A stretch of DNA of 64,000 nucleotides from Octopus vulgaris (taxonomy: Eukaryota): NCBI GenBank assembly GCA_951406725.2, contig OX597831.1:29574001-29638000 (forward strand). Direction: 5' to 3'. The position numbers were made by a program, and so were the translations under genes. Position 1 is the stretch's first letter; every line of letters begins with the position of its first letter. Of the stretch, positions 12,610 to 27,062 are shown piece after piece. The notes beneath the pieces are model-generated. The model searched no databases. It saw only the letters and a program-made list of their open reading frames with translations, and had not been told where the DNA came from.

Positions 12610-13578
12610 ATATATACGTGTATGTGTGTGTGTGTGCATATATACGTGTATGTGTGTGTGTGCATATATACGTGTATGTGTGTGTGTGCATATATACGTG
12701 TATGTGTGTGTGTGCATATATACGTGTGTATGTGTGTGTGGTGCATCTTAAGTCACATGTGCATACACCATATGTAAGTGTGTATGTGTGTATATGTACA
12801 TATATATATATATATGTATTTGTGTTTGTGTGTGTATATGTGTGTGTGCGTGTGTGGGTTTGTGTGTGTGTATGTGTGCGTGTTTGAGTGTGTGTTTCAA
12901 TGAACCTTTACAATACACCTGTTGGCAATATGTGCTTACCGTACGCAAACGTAACGCTTAGTGCGCGCACACACACACGCACACATACACACACACATAC
13001 ACACACCCACACTCGTGTGTATGTATGTATATTTATGTGTATATATATGTAACAGATTGTCGTGCGATGTTGTGCAAGGAAAATAGTACTCAATACCTGC
13101 GGGAGAGTATATTACGCATAAGATTATGCATACATGTCTGTGTGTGTTCGTGCGTGTACATGTGTGTGTGTGTTGGTTGCTTGTGGGGTACATGTGGGTC
13201 TGTGCACGTGTGTTTACTTAATATGTTTGGATTTTAAAATTTCACAGCTTCATTCCTTGAATTTCATGCCAGCTGGCATGAATCGTGATTAAGGAAGCTG
13301 TGAACTTTTCAAATCCTAAACACGCGTGTACATATACAAATACACCCCCACTACATATATATATACATAAATATATATATATATGTAAGTATGAATGTAT
13401 GTCTACGTATTTCCGTCTGAGGCGTTTATCAATTCGTGTTTCCTACCTCGATTTTTCTCTCTGGCTCTTAGCGATATTCTGTAAAATATTAATTCATTTC
13501 GACCAGATGTATTGACATACACTCAAGCCATTGGAAGCGTTCCCCCACTTTCTCTGTCTCTGTCTGTCTGTCTCTCTC

Positions 13579-13643
<65 letters not shown>

Positions 13644-14439
13644 TGCACACACACACACACCTTATGGCTAATATAAGTACGTCTATACGTACTTACATCA
13701 GCCATCAATGACTCACACACACACACACACATAAAAATATAAAAGCTACCAGACAGCCAAAAGACATTTCAACCTTGATTCCATCGCCTCACTTACCAAA
13801 TATTTATTTGGTCTCGATGGTAAAAAATACAGTTTCTAAAATGAATAAATTTAGAGAATTGCTTTTATCTAATGGTAAAGCGCTTGCTATATTTACATGC
13901 ATGGGTTCGAGTCCGATGGACAGCTCTTTTACTCTTCTACTTATTTCAGTTATTTGACTGTGGAACGCTCGTCATATTTAAAAGAGGTGCAAGGTTTCAA
14001 GTCCACTGAACAGCCTTTGAATTTCTCTATCCAAACGTTCTTTTTTCTTTTAAAACCAATTTGTTACACGCATTTATTCATAGCTCAACCCGCTTCGTGT
14101 TAAACCGTTCCAAAAACGAATTATATGTATCTACATGCGCGTGTTGTGTGTGTGTGTGTGTGTGTGTATGTATGCATTCAAATATATGCGTATACACATA
14201 TGGATGGCAAAAATATGTGGAGGTACAAAAATAGAAGACAGACACACGCAGACAGGAGAGGTAGATGAGCAGAGAGAGTCAGACTGATAGTTAGAAAACA
14301 ACATCAAGAACAACGAGAATAAGAAGAATTTCTGGAATATATATTATATAATTAGAGACATTTATTAATATATTATTTCATAAATGTGTTTTGTTTTATT
14401 GGCGGAAGGAGCCCCAAGTTAATCTATTCATTCTTTTCC

Positions 14440-14732
14440 TGACTACAAAGGGCTCCATCTACCCAACAGGAAGTCCTGGGGGACTCTTTTGTCCCGGAGT
14501 AGGAAAAATGATTGTCTGATGATTCATTGTTAACTGCCTGATGAGAATCACATAGCAACCACACGATTGTGACGTCATTGGAAAATGAGGAAGTTTTGGA
14601 AAAGATAGAGAATCTGGAATTTTTACACGGTTTTTTGAAAACGGACAAAACCCTTTGTAACTTTCGTCTTGTGTTTTGTCCCTTTATGTTTTAATTAATA
14701 TTTGTCAGCCCTTGTGGCCAATAAACGAATTA

Positions 14733-14783
<51 letters not shown>
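14440..14783 (+). mobile_element. Tx1/L1-like LINE 3' UTR with (ATT)n tail
   Basis: Shares ACGGACAAA...TTTGTCAGCCCTTGTGGCCAATAAA with 38985-39075. Confidence 0.65.
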
Positions 14784-14785
<2 letters not shown>

Positions 14786-15578
14786 AAAGGCAGTGAGCTA
14801 GAAGAATCGTTAGCACGCCTAGTAAAATGTTTAGCGGCATTTCGTCCGGCGTGCTAACGCTTCTGCCAGCTCGCTCCAACTGGATATGTACCATCCTGCA
14901 TGGAGCAAAGTATGGCCGAAGCTGGATCCTTAGGGAGAGAATACAACTCCTTAATTCTTACACTGCAAATGATACCGTTATCTGGGCGGATAAAAATCTG
15001 CAAGACGTTCTTATGATTTAAAGGGTGATGAACGAAACGAGATACTTTCCTTCATAACCTTGCTACTAAACTGGTAGTTGGTCAAAAAATTTACTCCAGA
15101 TTAAAGAGAAAAGAAAACACACGCACGCACACACACACACACACATGCACATACACACACACATACATACATACATACATACATACATACATACATACAC
15201 ACATACATACATACATACATACATACATACATACATACATAATTACGTACATACATGTAAGAATGCATGCGTACATACATATATACATCCAGATTACAAG
15301 CTCAGGTTTATACCTTTAATTATTGGGGCCCTGGGATATGTAACACATTGCCTAAATACCAATCTTGAGAAATTAGGCTTCTCGAAACCAGAAAGCAGAA
15401 CGCTAATTCGAAGACTACAGATCCAGTCCTTCACTGGAAATGTAAAAATCTGTAAAACTTCATCCATGCATGGTACATATCCAGTTGGGGCGAGCTGGCA
15501 GAAACGTTAGCACGCCGGACGAAATGCCGCTAAACATTTTACTAGGCGTGCTAACGATTCTTCCAGCTCACTGCCTTT

Positions 15579-15638
<60 letters not shown>

Positions 15639-15675
15639 TCGTTTATTGGCCACAAGGGCTGAGAAATATTAATTT
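14693..15675. repeat. About 210-bp inverted duplication (14693-14904 and 15463-15675)
   Basis: The arms are reverse complements with few mismatches. They span a LINE tail, (ATT)n, a SINE-head foldback and unique bases. Confidence 0.9.
15286..15460 (+). mobile_element. R4/Dong-like (REL endonuclease) non-LTR retrotransposon C-terminal relic
   Basis: HPDYKLRFIPLIIGALGYVTHCL...LGF...LQIQSFTGNVKICKT contains the P-I-I-I-G-A-L-G-type motif of REL-domain C-termini. Confidence 0.7.
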
Positions 15676-15744
15676 ACATATATAGGCATGTCTAGATATG
15701 CAACCATATGCATGAGAATACATGCATAAAACATACAAATCTGC

Positions 15745-16006
15745 ACATACATACATACATACGTACATACATACATACATACATACACACATACACACAT
15801 ACATACATACATACATACACACATACATACATACATACACACATACATACATACATACATACATACATACATACATACATACATACGTACATACATACAC
15901 ACATACATACATACATACATACATACATACATACATACATACATACATACACACATACATACATACATACATACATACATACATACATACATACATACAT
16001 ACATAC
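15745..16006. repeat. (CATA)n array
   Basis: Read directly. Confidence 0.95.
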
Positions 16007-16101
16007 ACTGCTGATGTTGATACTAAAATGAAGAAACCTTGGATCTAGGTTAGAAGCCGGTTCTTTCTCTATCGGCAAGAAATCTTGAAATAAACTGAAT
16101 G

Positions 16102-16192
<91 letters not shown>

Positions 16193-16605
16193 CATACATA
16201 CACATACACATATACACAGTGGCACGGCCCATTGAAATAACTTCGGGATAAGCTTCTTTTCATGAAAACAATAACCGACTGATAATATTTTTCAAGAGCT
16301 GGCTAAGTCGCTAAATTATCATGTTAAAAATTGTTTGGCATTATCCGTGATTATAATAAGCGACTTCCATTGTAAATATGTAGACACTCGAGTACATCTC
16401 ACTCCAACTGTAATACACCTCTCGACTGGTGTGAAACCGTCTATTTGCTGTTGGCATTGTTTCTTCGCCCTCTTATGCCTTGCTTGCCTGCAGGTTTGTG
16501 CAGGTGCTTCCTGCCCATACAACTTTCTCCCTCCCATCTTCCCATCTCTCCCTCCTCTCTCACTTTCTCCCCCTCTCTCTCTCTGTATATATATATATGC
16601 ATATA

Positions 16606-16665
<60 letters not shown>

Positions 16666-17109
16666 TCGAAAATACACAAATAAAATATACAAAAACAGAG
16701 ACGGGTGAAAGGGCAACAAACAGGGTGTATTAGTTTAACACTCAGCAGAAATGGGAGACTTCTTTGACGGTTTGAACTTACACGTTTCTATATGGAAAGA
16801 AAACAGAAGGAGATGGAGAGGGAGAGCGAGAGCGAGAGAGAGAAGGGGAGAGATAGAGAGATTCAGCGAGAGAAGCAGAGAGAAAGAAAGAGAAGGAGAC
16901 ATATTCGAGGTTAGATAGCCTTGTAAAAATAATCGAATTTATATATGAATTAGCTTTTCTCAAATCCGTCCATATATATATATATATATAAACTTACTTG
17001 GAGGATAAGAAACGACGCGAGGCGCTCAGTCATATAATAACAATTTAACAAATAAAACATATGCATACATACATATATGTACATACCTACATCTATATGT
17101 ATATATACA

Positions 17110-17158
<49 letters not shown>

Positions 17159-17428
17159 TAATAAATAAAATATATGCATACGTACATACATATATGTACG
17201 TACCTACATCTACATGTATATATACATGCATATATAAATATATATACGTGAGTACAGGACACCACAAATAGACGTAGAACACAACAAGAAACGAAAACGT
17301 AAAATCAAGCATGGAACGGACCATTTTTATACAACGAAAAAACAGAGTACAAGACGAACTACACAAGGAAAAATCCCCTTCATAGCTGTCCCTAGTTGTC
17401 CCTAGTTCAACTCCAATATACATATACA

Positions 17429-17500
<72 letters not shown>

Positions 17501-17502
17501 AA

Positions 17503-17720
17503 CAATTGCAGCGTAGAAAGTGTTTATAAGCCATTTAAGCACACGCAAAAAACCGTTAGATTCACTTCAACACTGCTGCAGCACGGAATTTTGTCAGTGA
17601 ACCAGTCGCAGTTTCAAAGCGACGAAAATATTTTGACAAATTAAATTTAAATGTTGAAGTGAATCTAACGATTTTTGAGTGTTTTTAAATGGCATATAAA
17701 CACCTTCCACGCTGCAATTG
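17503..17720. repeat. Inverted repeat with central hammerhead-shaped motif (Penelope-like)
   Basis: The arms are 17503-17572 and 17652-17720. The centre is GTCA-GTGAACCA-GTCGC...GCGAC-GAAA-ATAT-TT-TGAC. Confidence 0.7.
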
Positions 17721-17779
17721 CTTTTGTTTCAGCACACGATCTCAGATCAAGTCACTTGCTATGCAAGTACATCTCCGTA

Positions 17780-17831
<52 letters not shown>

Positions 17832-17839
17832 TTTCTTTC

Positions 17840-18042
17840 TTTTCTTTCTTTTACTTGTTTCAGTCATTTGACTGCAGCCATGCTGGGGAATCACCTTTAG
17901 TCGAGCAAATCGACCTCAGAACTTATTTTTTCAAAGCCTAGTACTTATTCTATCCGTCTCTTTTGTCGAACTGCTAAATGACTGAGATGTAAACACACCA
18001 ACATCGGTTGTCAAGCGTTGTAGGGGACAAACAGTTACAAAC

Positions 18043-18106
<64 letters not shown>

Positions 18107-18256
18107 CACAGGCTTCTTTCCGTCTACCAAATCCAAGGTTTTGGTCGGCTCGAGGCTATAGTAGAAGACACTTGCCCAAGGTGCGACGCAGTGGGAATGA
18201 AACCGGGACCATATGGTTGGTAAGCAAGCTACTTACCACACACCCATCCTACGCCT
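17840..18256 (-). mobile_element. SINE type A
   Basis: Full bipartite structure with internal (TA)/(TG) tract. Confidence 0.85.
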
Positions 18257-18877
18257 AAATGAAACTTTTCAGTAAATTCGAAACTGAATCGTTTGTTAGA
18301 ATAGTTGGAGGTGGTTGTCACAGACTCGTACCGTCATTGTGTAGCAACCATTTGTGGTCTGGCTATTAGGTGGTGGTAGTGGTGGTGGTGGTGGTGGTAG
18401 TGAGTGTTGTGGTGATGGTGGTTGTAATTGTGATGGTGGCGGTGGAGGTGATGGTTGTGGTGGTGGTAGTTTTGGTGGTAGTGTTGGTGGTGGTGTTGAT
18501 GGTGGTGTAGGTGGTTGTGTTAGTGTCGGTGGTGGTTGTGGTACTAGTGGATGTTCGTTGACTGAATGTTAAGTTGTGATGAATTGGTGGCGGCTGGTGG
18601 CTGGTGGCTGGTTATTGTAAGAACTGCAAGCACCCCCACTGCTGAAAAAAATACCTTGAATGTTTGTACACTGACTGGATGATTGAGACAGACAGACACA
18701 TACTGACATATAACGATAAACACACAAACACACACACACACACACACATGTATGTGCATAGATAGACACTGACTGGCTAGTTCGCTCTTTTCTATGTCAT
18801 GATCGGCGCTGTTTATGTGTGTGTGTGTGTGTGTGGGAGTATACATACATACATACATACATACATACATACATACA

Positions 18878-18910
<33 letters not shown>

Positions 18911-19013
18911 GTGTGTGTATATGTATGCATGAGTATGTATATATATATACATACATACATATATATATATATGTGCATATATATATACATATACATATAT
19001 TAATCTCTCTCTA

Positions 19014-19049
<36 letters not shown>

Positions 19050-19837
19050 TGTATGTATGTATATATATATGCACACACACACACACATGCATATATAGAG
19101 AAAGAGACAGAGAGAGACATACATACGCGCACACACGATACACATACATGCTTACCTACACGCTCTGCTCCCCTCCCCCCATCCTATTCACGCACACACA
19201 TATACATACACACACACTAACACACACACACACACACACATACACACCTGCACAAGCACTCACACATTTCTGTGCCAGTTTTCTATTCGGACTGTAAGAG
19301 TGTCTACAGAACAATAACAGCAACAACAACAACAACAACAACAACAAGAACAACAACAGTACTGAAAACTGCCAAAAGCAACACCAACACCACCACCACC
19401 ACCACTACCACCAGCAAGAACAACAACAACAGTAACAATAGCAATAACAACAAAAGCAAGTGGATGGCTTGATTCACCCTTCAGCTCCCCCCAGTCGGCC
19501 GACCGCGTAATTTCGTCTCGCTAAACTTTCTTTAATGACCCAGCCTTGGACGGAAGTCGATCTCCATCGCCCACTAACAGTTCACACACACACACACACA
19601 CACACACATACGCCGGGAAAGGGTGTTTATGAGGTAAAGATAGACCTGTGAAAGTCTTAGAGGAAATTAATGTTGTGATTTATAAGGTGTGTGTATAAAC
19701 ATGGTTGTGCGGTTAAGAAGTTCGTTGGTTTTAGATTCGAGCATCATTTGAGTGTGAGTGAGTGCCTATTGAAACCCATGGTATCCGCTTCAGTCCGTTG
19801 ACAGACCTACATTACTTAAATCTTCAAAATTGGGGAT

Positions 19838-20256
19838 ACTCTTTACTCTTTACTCTTTTAATTGTTCAGTCATTTGACTGCGGCCATGCTGGAACACCGC
19901 CTTTAGTCGAGCAAATCGACCCCAGGACTTGTTCTTTGTAAGAACTTGTTCTTTGTAAGCCTAGTACTTATTCTATCGGTCTCTTTTGCCGAATCGCTAA
20001 GTTACGAGGACGTAAACACACCACCATCGGTTGTCAAGCGATATTGGGGGAGGGGAACACAGACACACACACACACACATATACATTTATACGAAGGGAT
20101 TCTTTTAGTTTCCGTTTACTAAATCCACTCACAAGGCTTTAGTCAGCCCGAGGCTATAGTAGAAGACGGTTGCCTAAGGTGCCACACAGTGAGACTGAAC
20201 CTGGAACCATGTGGTTGGTAAGCAAACTACTTACCACACAGCCACTCCTGCGCCTA
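19838..20256 (-). mobile_element. SINE type A
   Basis: Full-length, with a (GTAAAAGA)n tail. Confidence 0.88.
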
Positions 20257-20487
20257 TATAAAGTTTATGTGTATTGTGTGGATGTATGTGTGTGTGTGTA
20301 TACATATGCTCTAAAAATACACACACACACGCGCGCACACTTTCACACAAATGATAAGGTGGAAGAACAAACGCATAGGAAAAACGTAAATTTTTGACGT
20401 TTCAAGCCTAGTCCGCAGAAGGACTGAGGATAAGTTTCTTTATTGGCCACACAGGGCTGCACACAGATGGGAGATAGATAGATAGAC

Positions 20488-20555
<68 letters not shown>

Positions 20556-20680
20556 GGATGATAGATAGATAGATGGATGGATGGATGGATGGATGGATGG
20601 ATGGATTGATGGATGGGTGGGTGGGTGGGTGGATGGATGGATAGATAGATATGTTTGTATGTGTGTGCATACGTAATATT

Positions 20681-20738
<58 letters not shown>

Positions 20739-21042
20739 TGTAAAACTCAACTTGTGTGTCTGTGTGTGTATCTGTGTGTGTGTCTGTGTGTTTAACTTCC
20801 CGGCACATCTCCTCCTAGCCAACAAATCGTAGAACCACCAAAAATGGGTCACTTAAAGTTTAGGCGAATGAAAATTGAACTGCGCTATTTCTGTTCCGAA
20901 ATTCATCTCGCAAGTGCAAAAATCGATAATGTGTTTGTTTAAGCCTTATCCCATGCATTGAATTGTGAACTTTACTCAGTCAACTGTTTGACGTGAACTG
21001 TGTTCACCACGCGTGCAAGCATGCATACATTGCATGAAAAAT

Positions 21043-21094
<52 letters not shown>

Positions 21095-21103
<9 letters not shown>

Positions 21104-21450
21104 CTGAAGTTGTCTGTGTGTGGCAGGTTTGATAGCCTTTAACTTACACTATCTCCTCCAAGAACCTGCGGCGCAAGTTGACCAAAATTGAGAGTATGAT
21201 AGAAAAAAGCTTGCTCTTCATTCTGCAGAAGAAAAAATTCAAATCGGAGCATGTTAGGACCCAAAATTATTTGCATCAAAAAGGTGCCTTTTTTTCTATG
21301 GAAATCTCTATTTTTTAATGAATTTTTGACTGCTGTGTTGCCCTTTTTTGGTGTATTTAAACCAGTAAAACGTTACTTAAAGAGAATAACAAGCTACATA
21401 ATGCTAAATTTTTAATTTTCAAAAATTCCAATTCTAAAGGGTCGAAACGG
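21095..21450 (+). mobile_element. Non-autonomous Helitron, 5' portion
   Basis: It starts TATATAAAGCTGAAGTTGTCTGTGTG, like the 5' end of 22436-22818. Its last 75 bp match 48727-48800. Confidence 0.55.
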
Positions 21451-21554
21451 GGCGGGGTCCATATAAGATTTTGTTGTAACAAATCGTGCGCAATAAATTA
21501 GCTTATACTTCTAAAATACACAAAATATTTCAACGCTTTTTGATATACAATTAG

Positions 21555-21715
21555 GCACAGGAGTGACTGTGTGGGGAGAAGCTTGCTTCCCAACCACATG
21601 GTTCTGAGTTCAGTCTCACTGCGTGGCACCTTGGGCAAGTGTCTTCTACTATAGCCTGGGGCCGACCAAAGCTTTGTGAGTGGATTTGGTAAACGGAAAT
21701 TGAAGCTCGTCGTGT
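21555..21715 (+). mobile_element. SINE type A, 5' half (3' half at about 22190-22400)
   Basis: Head and CORE-like motifs are present. Confidence 0.8.
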
Positions 21716-21782
21716 ATATATATGTATGTGTGTATGTATGTGTGTGTATGTATATATATGTATGTGTGTATGTATGTGTGTG

Positions 21783-21820
<38 letters not shown>

Positions 21821-22107
21821 CGACCAACTACTACGACCAACAATCACTACTGTTGCTACCATTGGAACACAAGGTAACAAAAAAGCGGTTCCTTTTAATA
21901 CCAGCAAGAAACAATAATGGACTTCTTCAATACACTCAAAAGTAATATAGCGATTATACCAACTACCGACAAAACACCACCACATGGATTCTCGTTTTTT
22001 CAAGAACCGAAACATGTAAAATTCATAAGAAACTTAAACTTTATCTAATATAGTGGCGTTTTCAAACTTCTTTTTACAAATATATACCCACTCGTATACG
22101 ATCTACT

Positions 22108-22146
<39 letters not shown>

Positions 22147-22435
22147 TTGTGTTTGTGTGTGTATATATATCGTTGTGCGTGTGTGTGTTGGTGTCTGTTT
22201 GGTCTTCACCACTGCTTGACAACCGGTGTTGGTGCGTTTACGTCCCTGTAACTTACCGCTTCAGCACAAAACTCCAATAGAATAAGTACTAGGCTTTAAA
22301 AGTTAAGTCCTGAGGTTGTTTTGTTCAACTAAAACCCGTCCAGGCGGTGCCCCAGCATGGCCGCAGTCAAATGACAAAAAGAAATGAAGAATAAAAGATA
22401 AAAAATAATTTCTAATGATATTTAATTATAAATAA

Positions 22436-22818
22436 CTAGCAGTATCGCCCGGCGTTGCTCGGGTTTGTAAGGGAAATAACTATATAAGCATTTTTAGAGA
22501 TGTAAAGTATAATAGCCATCTCAATAAGGCTAACCACAAAGGGGGGTGTTACTGTAGCTTTTTACGTTCTGAGATTTTTAGAGGGTTACTTCCCTTATAT
22601 AATAGCGAAAAAATGCATTAAAAATGGGAAAAAATTATGGTAAATTTTTTTTTTAATCGTAGACTCATCGTAGACGCGCGCTAATACCCGGAAGGGCTCT
22701 ATATGAATCACGACTATAAGATACCCGCTTTTGGTTGCACTGCACCGCAAAATGTGGGAGTAGTTAGGAATCTAAATCGTAGGAGACAGACACACAACTT
22801 CACTTTTATATATAAAGA
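22436..22818 (-). mobile_element. Complete non-autonomous Helitron (383 bp)
   Basis: The minus strand begins TC and ends CTAG. It has the subterminal hairpin CCCGAGCAACGCCGGG and is inserted between A and T with no TSD. Confidence 0.85.
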
Positions 22819-23259
22819 TATGATTGGGTTTCTTTTAAAACATGGAATGGCTATGAGGGTCCTTCTAAGAAAGATAGAAATCAAAGGGGTCGATAGGTAG
22901 AAAGCAATTGAGGACTGCTGCACTATATTATCTTATCATCAATAATGAGAGAGCAGGTAATAAATTTCAATGATATTTTTGTGGATGATGCTTGGTACAT
23001 GACAGTTTGGGAACCACACGTGAAACCCGTAGAAATTTAGATACTATTTTGCACTGCAGGAAACTCTGCTATTTGTCAAAAATTCTGTTGGGGTAACAAA
23101 AACATAAAAAAGAAAAAAAGGAAAGAAAAAAGAAAAAAAAACAGGCTCTGTGGGTATGTTCGATATCAGCATGGGATCTTTCAATGGTGCAGAGATATGT
23201 GATATTGGCATATCCTAGAGGCACTCTTGCGGTTTGATGGAGGGAAACGGTTGTGCATG

Positions 23260-23931
23260 TGTGATTGTTGTAGTAGCGATTGTGGCGATTGTGTTGGCGA
23301 TGGTAGTATGTGGAGGTGGTAGTGGTGGTGGTGATGATGATATTGATGGGGATAATGGTGTCAATTTAGTGGTGGTAATGGTGATGGTGGTGGTGGTGAT
23401 GGTGATACGGGTGGTGGTGATGGTGCTGGTGGTGATAGTGATGGTAGTGGTGGTGATAATAGTAGTGGTGGGGATAGTGGTGGTGGAGGTGGGGGAAGTA
23501 ATTATTGGGATAGTGGTCATAATCATAGAGGTGGTGGGGGTCATGGTGAATGCGGCAGTAGAAACGAGTAGTTGTCGTAAGGGTGATCATGGTAGTAGTA
23601 TTGTTGTTGTTGCTCTTGTTGTTGTTTGTGGTGGCGGTAGTGGTGGAGATGCATCTGGTAGAGGTTATAGTGAATCGCGATGTGAGTAGTACAGGTGGTG
23701 GTAATAGTGGTGACGGTGGTGGTGGATACGGACGACTTTATTTGCGGTGTTGGTGATTTGGAAACGATGGTGGCGGAGAGGTAGTTACGGTGGATAGTGG
23801 TGGGGGATGGTGCGGAGTTGTGGAATTTTATATTTGGTATTGTTGTTGCTATTACAGTCGTTGTCGGTGTTGCTGTTGGTGGTGGTGGTGGTAATTTTGT
23901 CAGTTGTCTCCGATGTATTATTGATTTTGAT

Positions 23932-23992
<61 letters not shown>

Positions 23993-24017
23993 TGGTAGTA
24001 GTAGTAGTTGTTGTTGT

Positions 24018-24076
<59 letters not shown>

Positions 24077-24730
24077 TGGTAGTAGTAGTGGTAGTGGTAG
24101 AGGAGGAGGAGTGGTGGTAGTGGTGGTGTTGGTGGTGATGCGAGAGATGGTATTCATAGGGGTAGATGATGGTGATGATTGTGATGGTAGTTGTGGTTGT
24201 GGTGGTGGCGGTTACAGTACCGCTAGTTTTGACGGCTGTGGTTGTTGTGGTGCTTCTTGTCGTGTCGCTTGTTGCTGCTGATGCTGCTGCTGCTGCTGCT
24301 GCTGTTGATGATGATGATGATGATGATGGTGTTGGTGGTGGTATAGTTGCTTGTAGCAATCGCTGCCGCAGTATCCACAATATATCCCAATCAGCACCAC
24401 CACCACCATCACCACCATTATCACCGTCATCATCCCAATCACCACTACCATCACCACCACCGCCATCAACACTATCACAACCACCACAATCACCACCACC
24501 AACACCACCACCACCACCACCAACACCACCACCACCACCATCACTCTAATCACCAAACTTCCGCCATCATCATCACTACCACCACAATCACCACCGTCAC
24601 CACCATCATCACCATCAACAACACCACCACTATCACCCCAATCACCAAACCACCACCACCAGCTCCATCATTTACCTCCCCCGCAATCACCAAACTACCA
24701 CCATCACTACCACCATTTCCACCTCCCGCC
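23260..24730. repeat. Low-complexity (GGT/GTA/GAT)n block followed by a (CCA/CAT)n block
   Basis: Read directly. Strand composition switches at about 24365. Confidence 0.9.
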
Positions 24731-24971
24731 CAAAGCATGCTCGACACGTTATCAACGGCAGTTGTTACTCCACTCTCGCATGTTGTTATCTCCGAAGCAA
24801 CACCAGCCAAACAAATCCAGTTTTTATAACCAATAAAACCGTGACTAAACACACATCCAGAAGATTTTCCCATTGTCCAACCGTGTCTTGGGTTATTTTG
24901 TCACGCTGTGTGTTTGACTGATAAATATCAGACATTGGAACTGTCAATGGATTATCAACTATATGTCGACC

Positions 24972-25361
24972 TGTGGAGGCGCAATGGCCCAGTGGTTAGG
25001 GCAGCGGACTCGTGGTCGTAGGATCGCGGTTTCGATTCCCAGACTGGGCGTTGTGAGTGTTTATTGAGCGAAAACACCTAAAGCTCCACGAGGCTCCGGC
25101 AGGGGATGGTGGTGATCCCTGCTGTACTCTTTCACCACAACTTTCTCTCACTCTTACTTCCTGTTTCTGTTGTACCTGTATTTCAAGGGGCCGACCTTGT
25201 CACTCTCTGTGTCACGCTGAATATCCCCGAGAACTACGGTAAGGGTACACGTGTCTGTGGAGTGCTCAGCCACTTACACGTTAATTTCACGAGTAGGCTA
25301 TTCCATTGATCGGATCAACCGGAACCCTCGTCGTCGTAACCGACGGAGTGCTTCCTCCCCT
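24972..25361 (+). mobile_element. SINE type C, full-length with 12-bp TSD
   Basis: A box TGGCCCAGTGG and B box GGTTTCGATTCC. The TSD TATATGTCGACC lies at 24960-24971 and 25362-25373. It resembles octopus tRNA-Arg-derived (OR-type) SINEs. Confidence 0.9.
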
Positions 25362-25678
25362 TATATGTCGACCGTTGCTCCCAGACTTCGAATCCCAGAG
25401 CCGCTAGCCTCTGAGTTGGTTTTTGACCACGTATTTACTAAACTTACATGGAAGCTGTTTTGCTAATCGGTTTTCACTTCTGACGTCTTCAGTTCAGCTT
25501 GTAATTTTACTTATCTACAAGTCACCTGTTGGTACCACAGTTAAAATTTGGTACCATTACCGCCTCACAGCTACATTTCCACGACCGACCACCTACTAAT
25601 TGTGATGGTAGTACAGAGGGATTTTTCCCGCGCAAAAACCGCAACCCCTGGTTTTTTATCCACTTACATACGTTTAGT

Positions 25679-25756
<78 letters not shown>

Positions 25757-25759
<3 letters not shown>

Positions 25760-26160
25760 ACACTTTTACTTGTTTCAGTCATTTGACTGCGGCCATGCTG
25801 GAGCACCACATTTAGTCGAGCAAATCAACCCCAGGACTTATTCTTCGTAAGCCTAGTACTTATTCTATCGGTCTCTTTTGCCGAACCGTTAAGTTACGGG
25901 GATGTAACACACCAGCATCGGTTGTCAAGCGATGTTGAGGGGACAAATACAGACACACAAACGTATACACACACAATACATATATACATGCATATATACG
26001 ACGGGCTTCTTTTCAGTTTCCGTCTATCATATCCATTCATAAGGCTTTGGTCGGCCCGAGGCTATAGTAGAAGACACTTGCCCAAGATGCTACGCAGTGG
26101 GACTGAACCCAGAACCATGTGGTTGGTAAGCAAGCTACTTACCACACAGCCACTCCCACG
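25757..26160 (-). mobile_element. SINE type A
   Basis: Full-length match to other copies. Confidence 0.88.
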
Positions 26161-26209
26161 CTTATATTATACTGATTCAATGAAATTTTGGCACTCAGCA
26201 ATTTCCTGG

Positions 26210-26388
26210 TAGGGAATAAGTCGATTACATCGATCCCCTAGTGTGTAACTGGTACTTATTTTATTGACCCCGAAAGATTGAAAAGCAAAGTCGACCCCGG
26301 TGTAATCGGAACTCAGAGCGTAAAGACAAACGAAATGCTACTAAACATTTTGTCCGGCATGCTAACGATTCTGCCAGCTCACCGCCTT
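26210..26388 (-). mobile_element. SINE type B
   Basis: Head and Meta-like domain are present. Confidence 0.75.
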
Positions 26389-26669
26389 CGTTTAGTGAAT
26401 TTTATATTAATAAAGTTTGTTTGTTTTTTTTTTGTATAGAACCACCTCTATTGCATAATTCCAATTTTATTCTGCCCATGCGGCTCTTTGCCAAGCAGTG
26501 TATAGTTTATACTTTATCTCTATAATCTTCAGACCAACTGATTCGATTTCACTTTGAAAGTGACACGAGTACGTGACATTGAAAAACCGCAACACCGGCG
26601 AAATACGTGTCGGTCGCTCTCACGGTCATTTGATGGGGCGATTTCGTTTCGCATAGATCTGAAGTACAT

Positions 26670-27062
26670 TACTCTTTTACTTGTTTCAGTCATTTGACTG
26701 CGGCCATGCTGGAGCACCGCCTTTAGTCGAGCAAATCGACCCCAGGTCTTATTCTTTGTAAGCACATTACTTATTCTATCGGTCTCTTTTGCCGAACCGC
26801 TAAGTAACGGGGACATAAACACACCAGCATCGGTTGTCAAGCAATGCTAGGGGAACAAACACAGACACACAAACACACACACACATATATATATATATAC
26901 ATATATACGACAGGCTTCTTTCAGTTTTCGTCTACCAAATCCACTCACAAGGCTTTGGTCGGCCCGGGGCTATAGCAGAAGACACTTGCCCAAGATGCCG
27001 CGCAGTGGGACTGAACCCGGAACCATGTGGTTGGTTAGCAAGCTACTTACCACATAGCCACT
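26670..27062 (-). mobile_element. SINE type A
   Basis: Full-length match to other copies. Confidence 0.88.

Noticed and set aside
24974-25050. tRNA genes at SINE heads
   Set aside because: A/B boxes are present, but the sequence continues into SINE bodies and lacks a proper acceptor stem.
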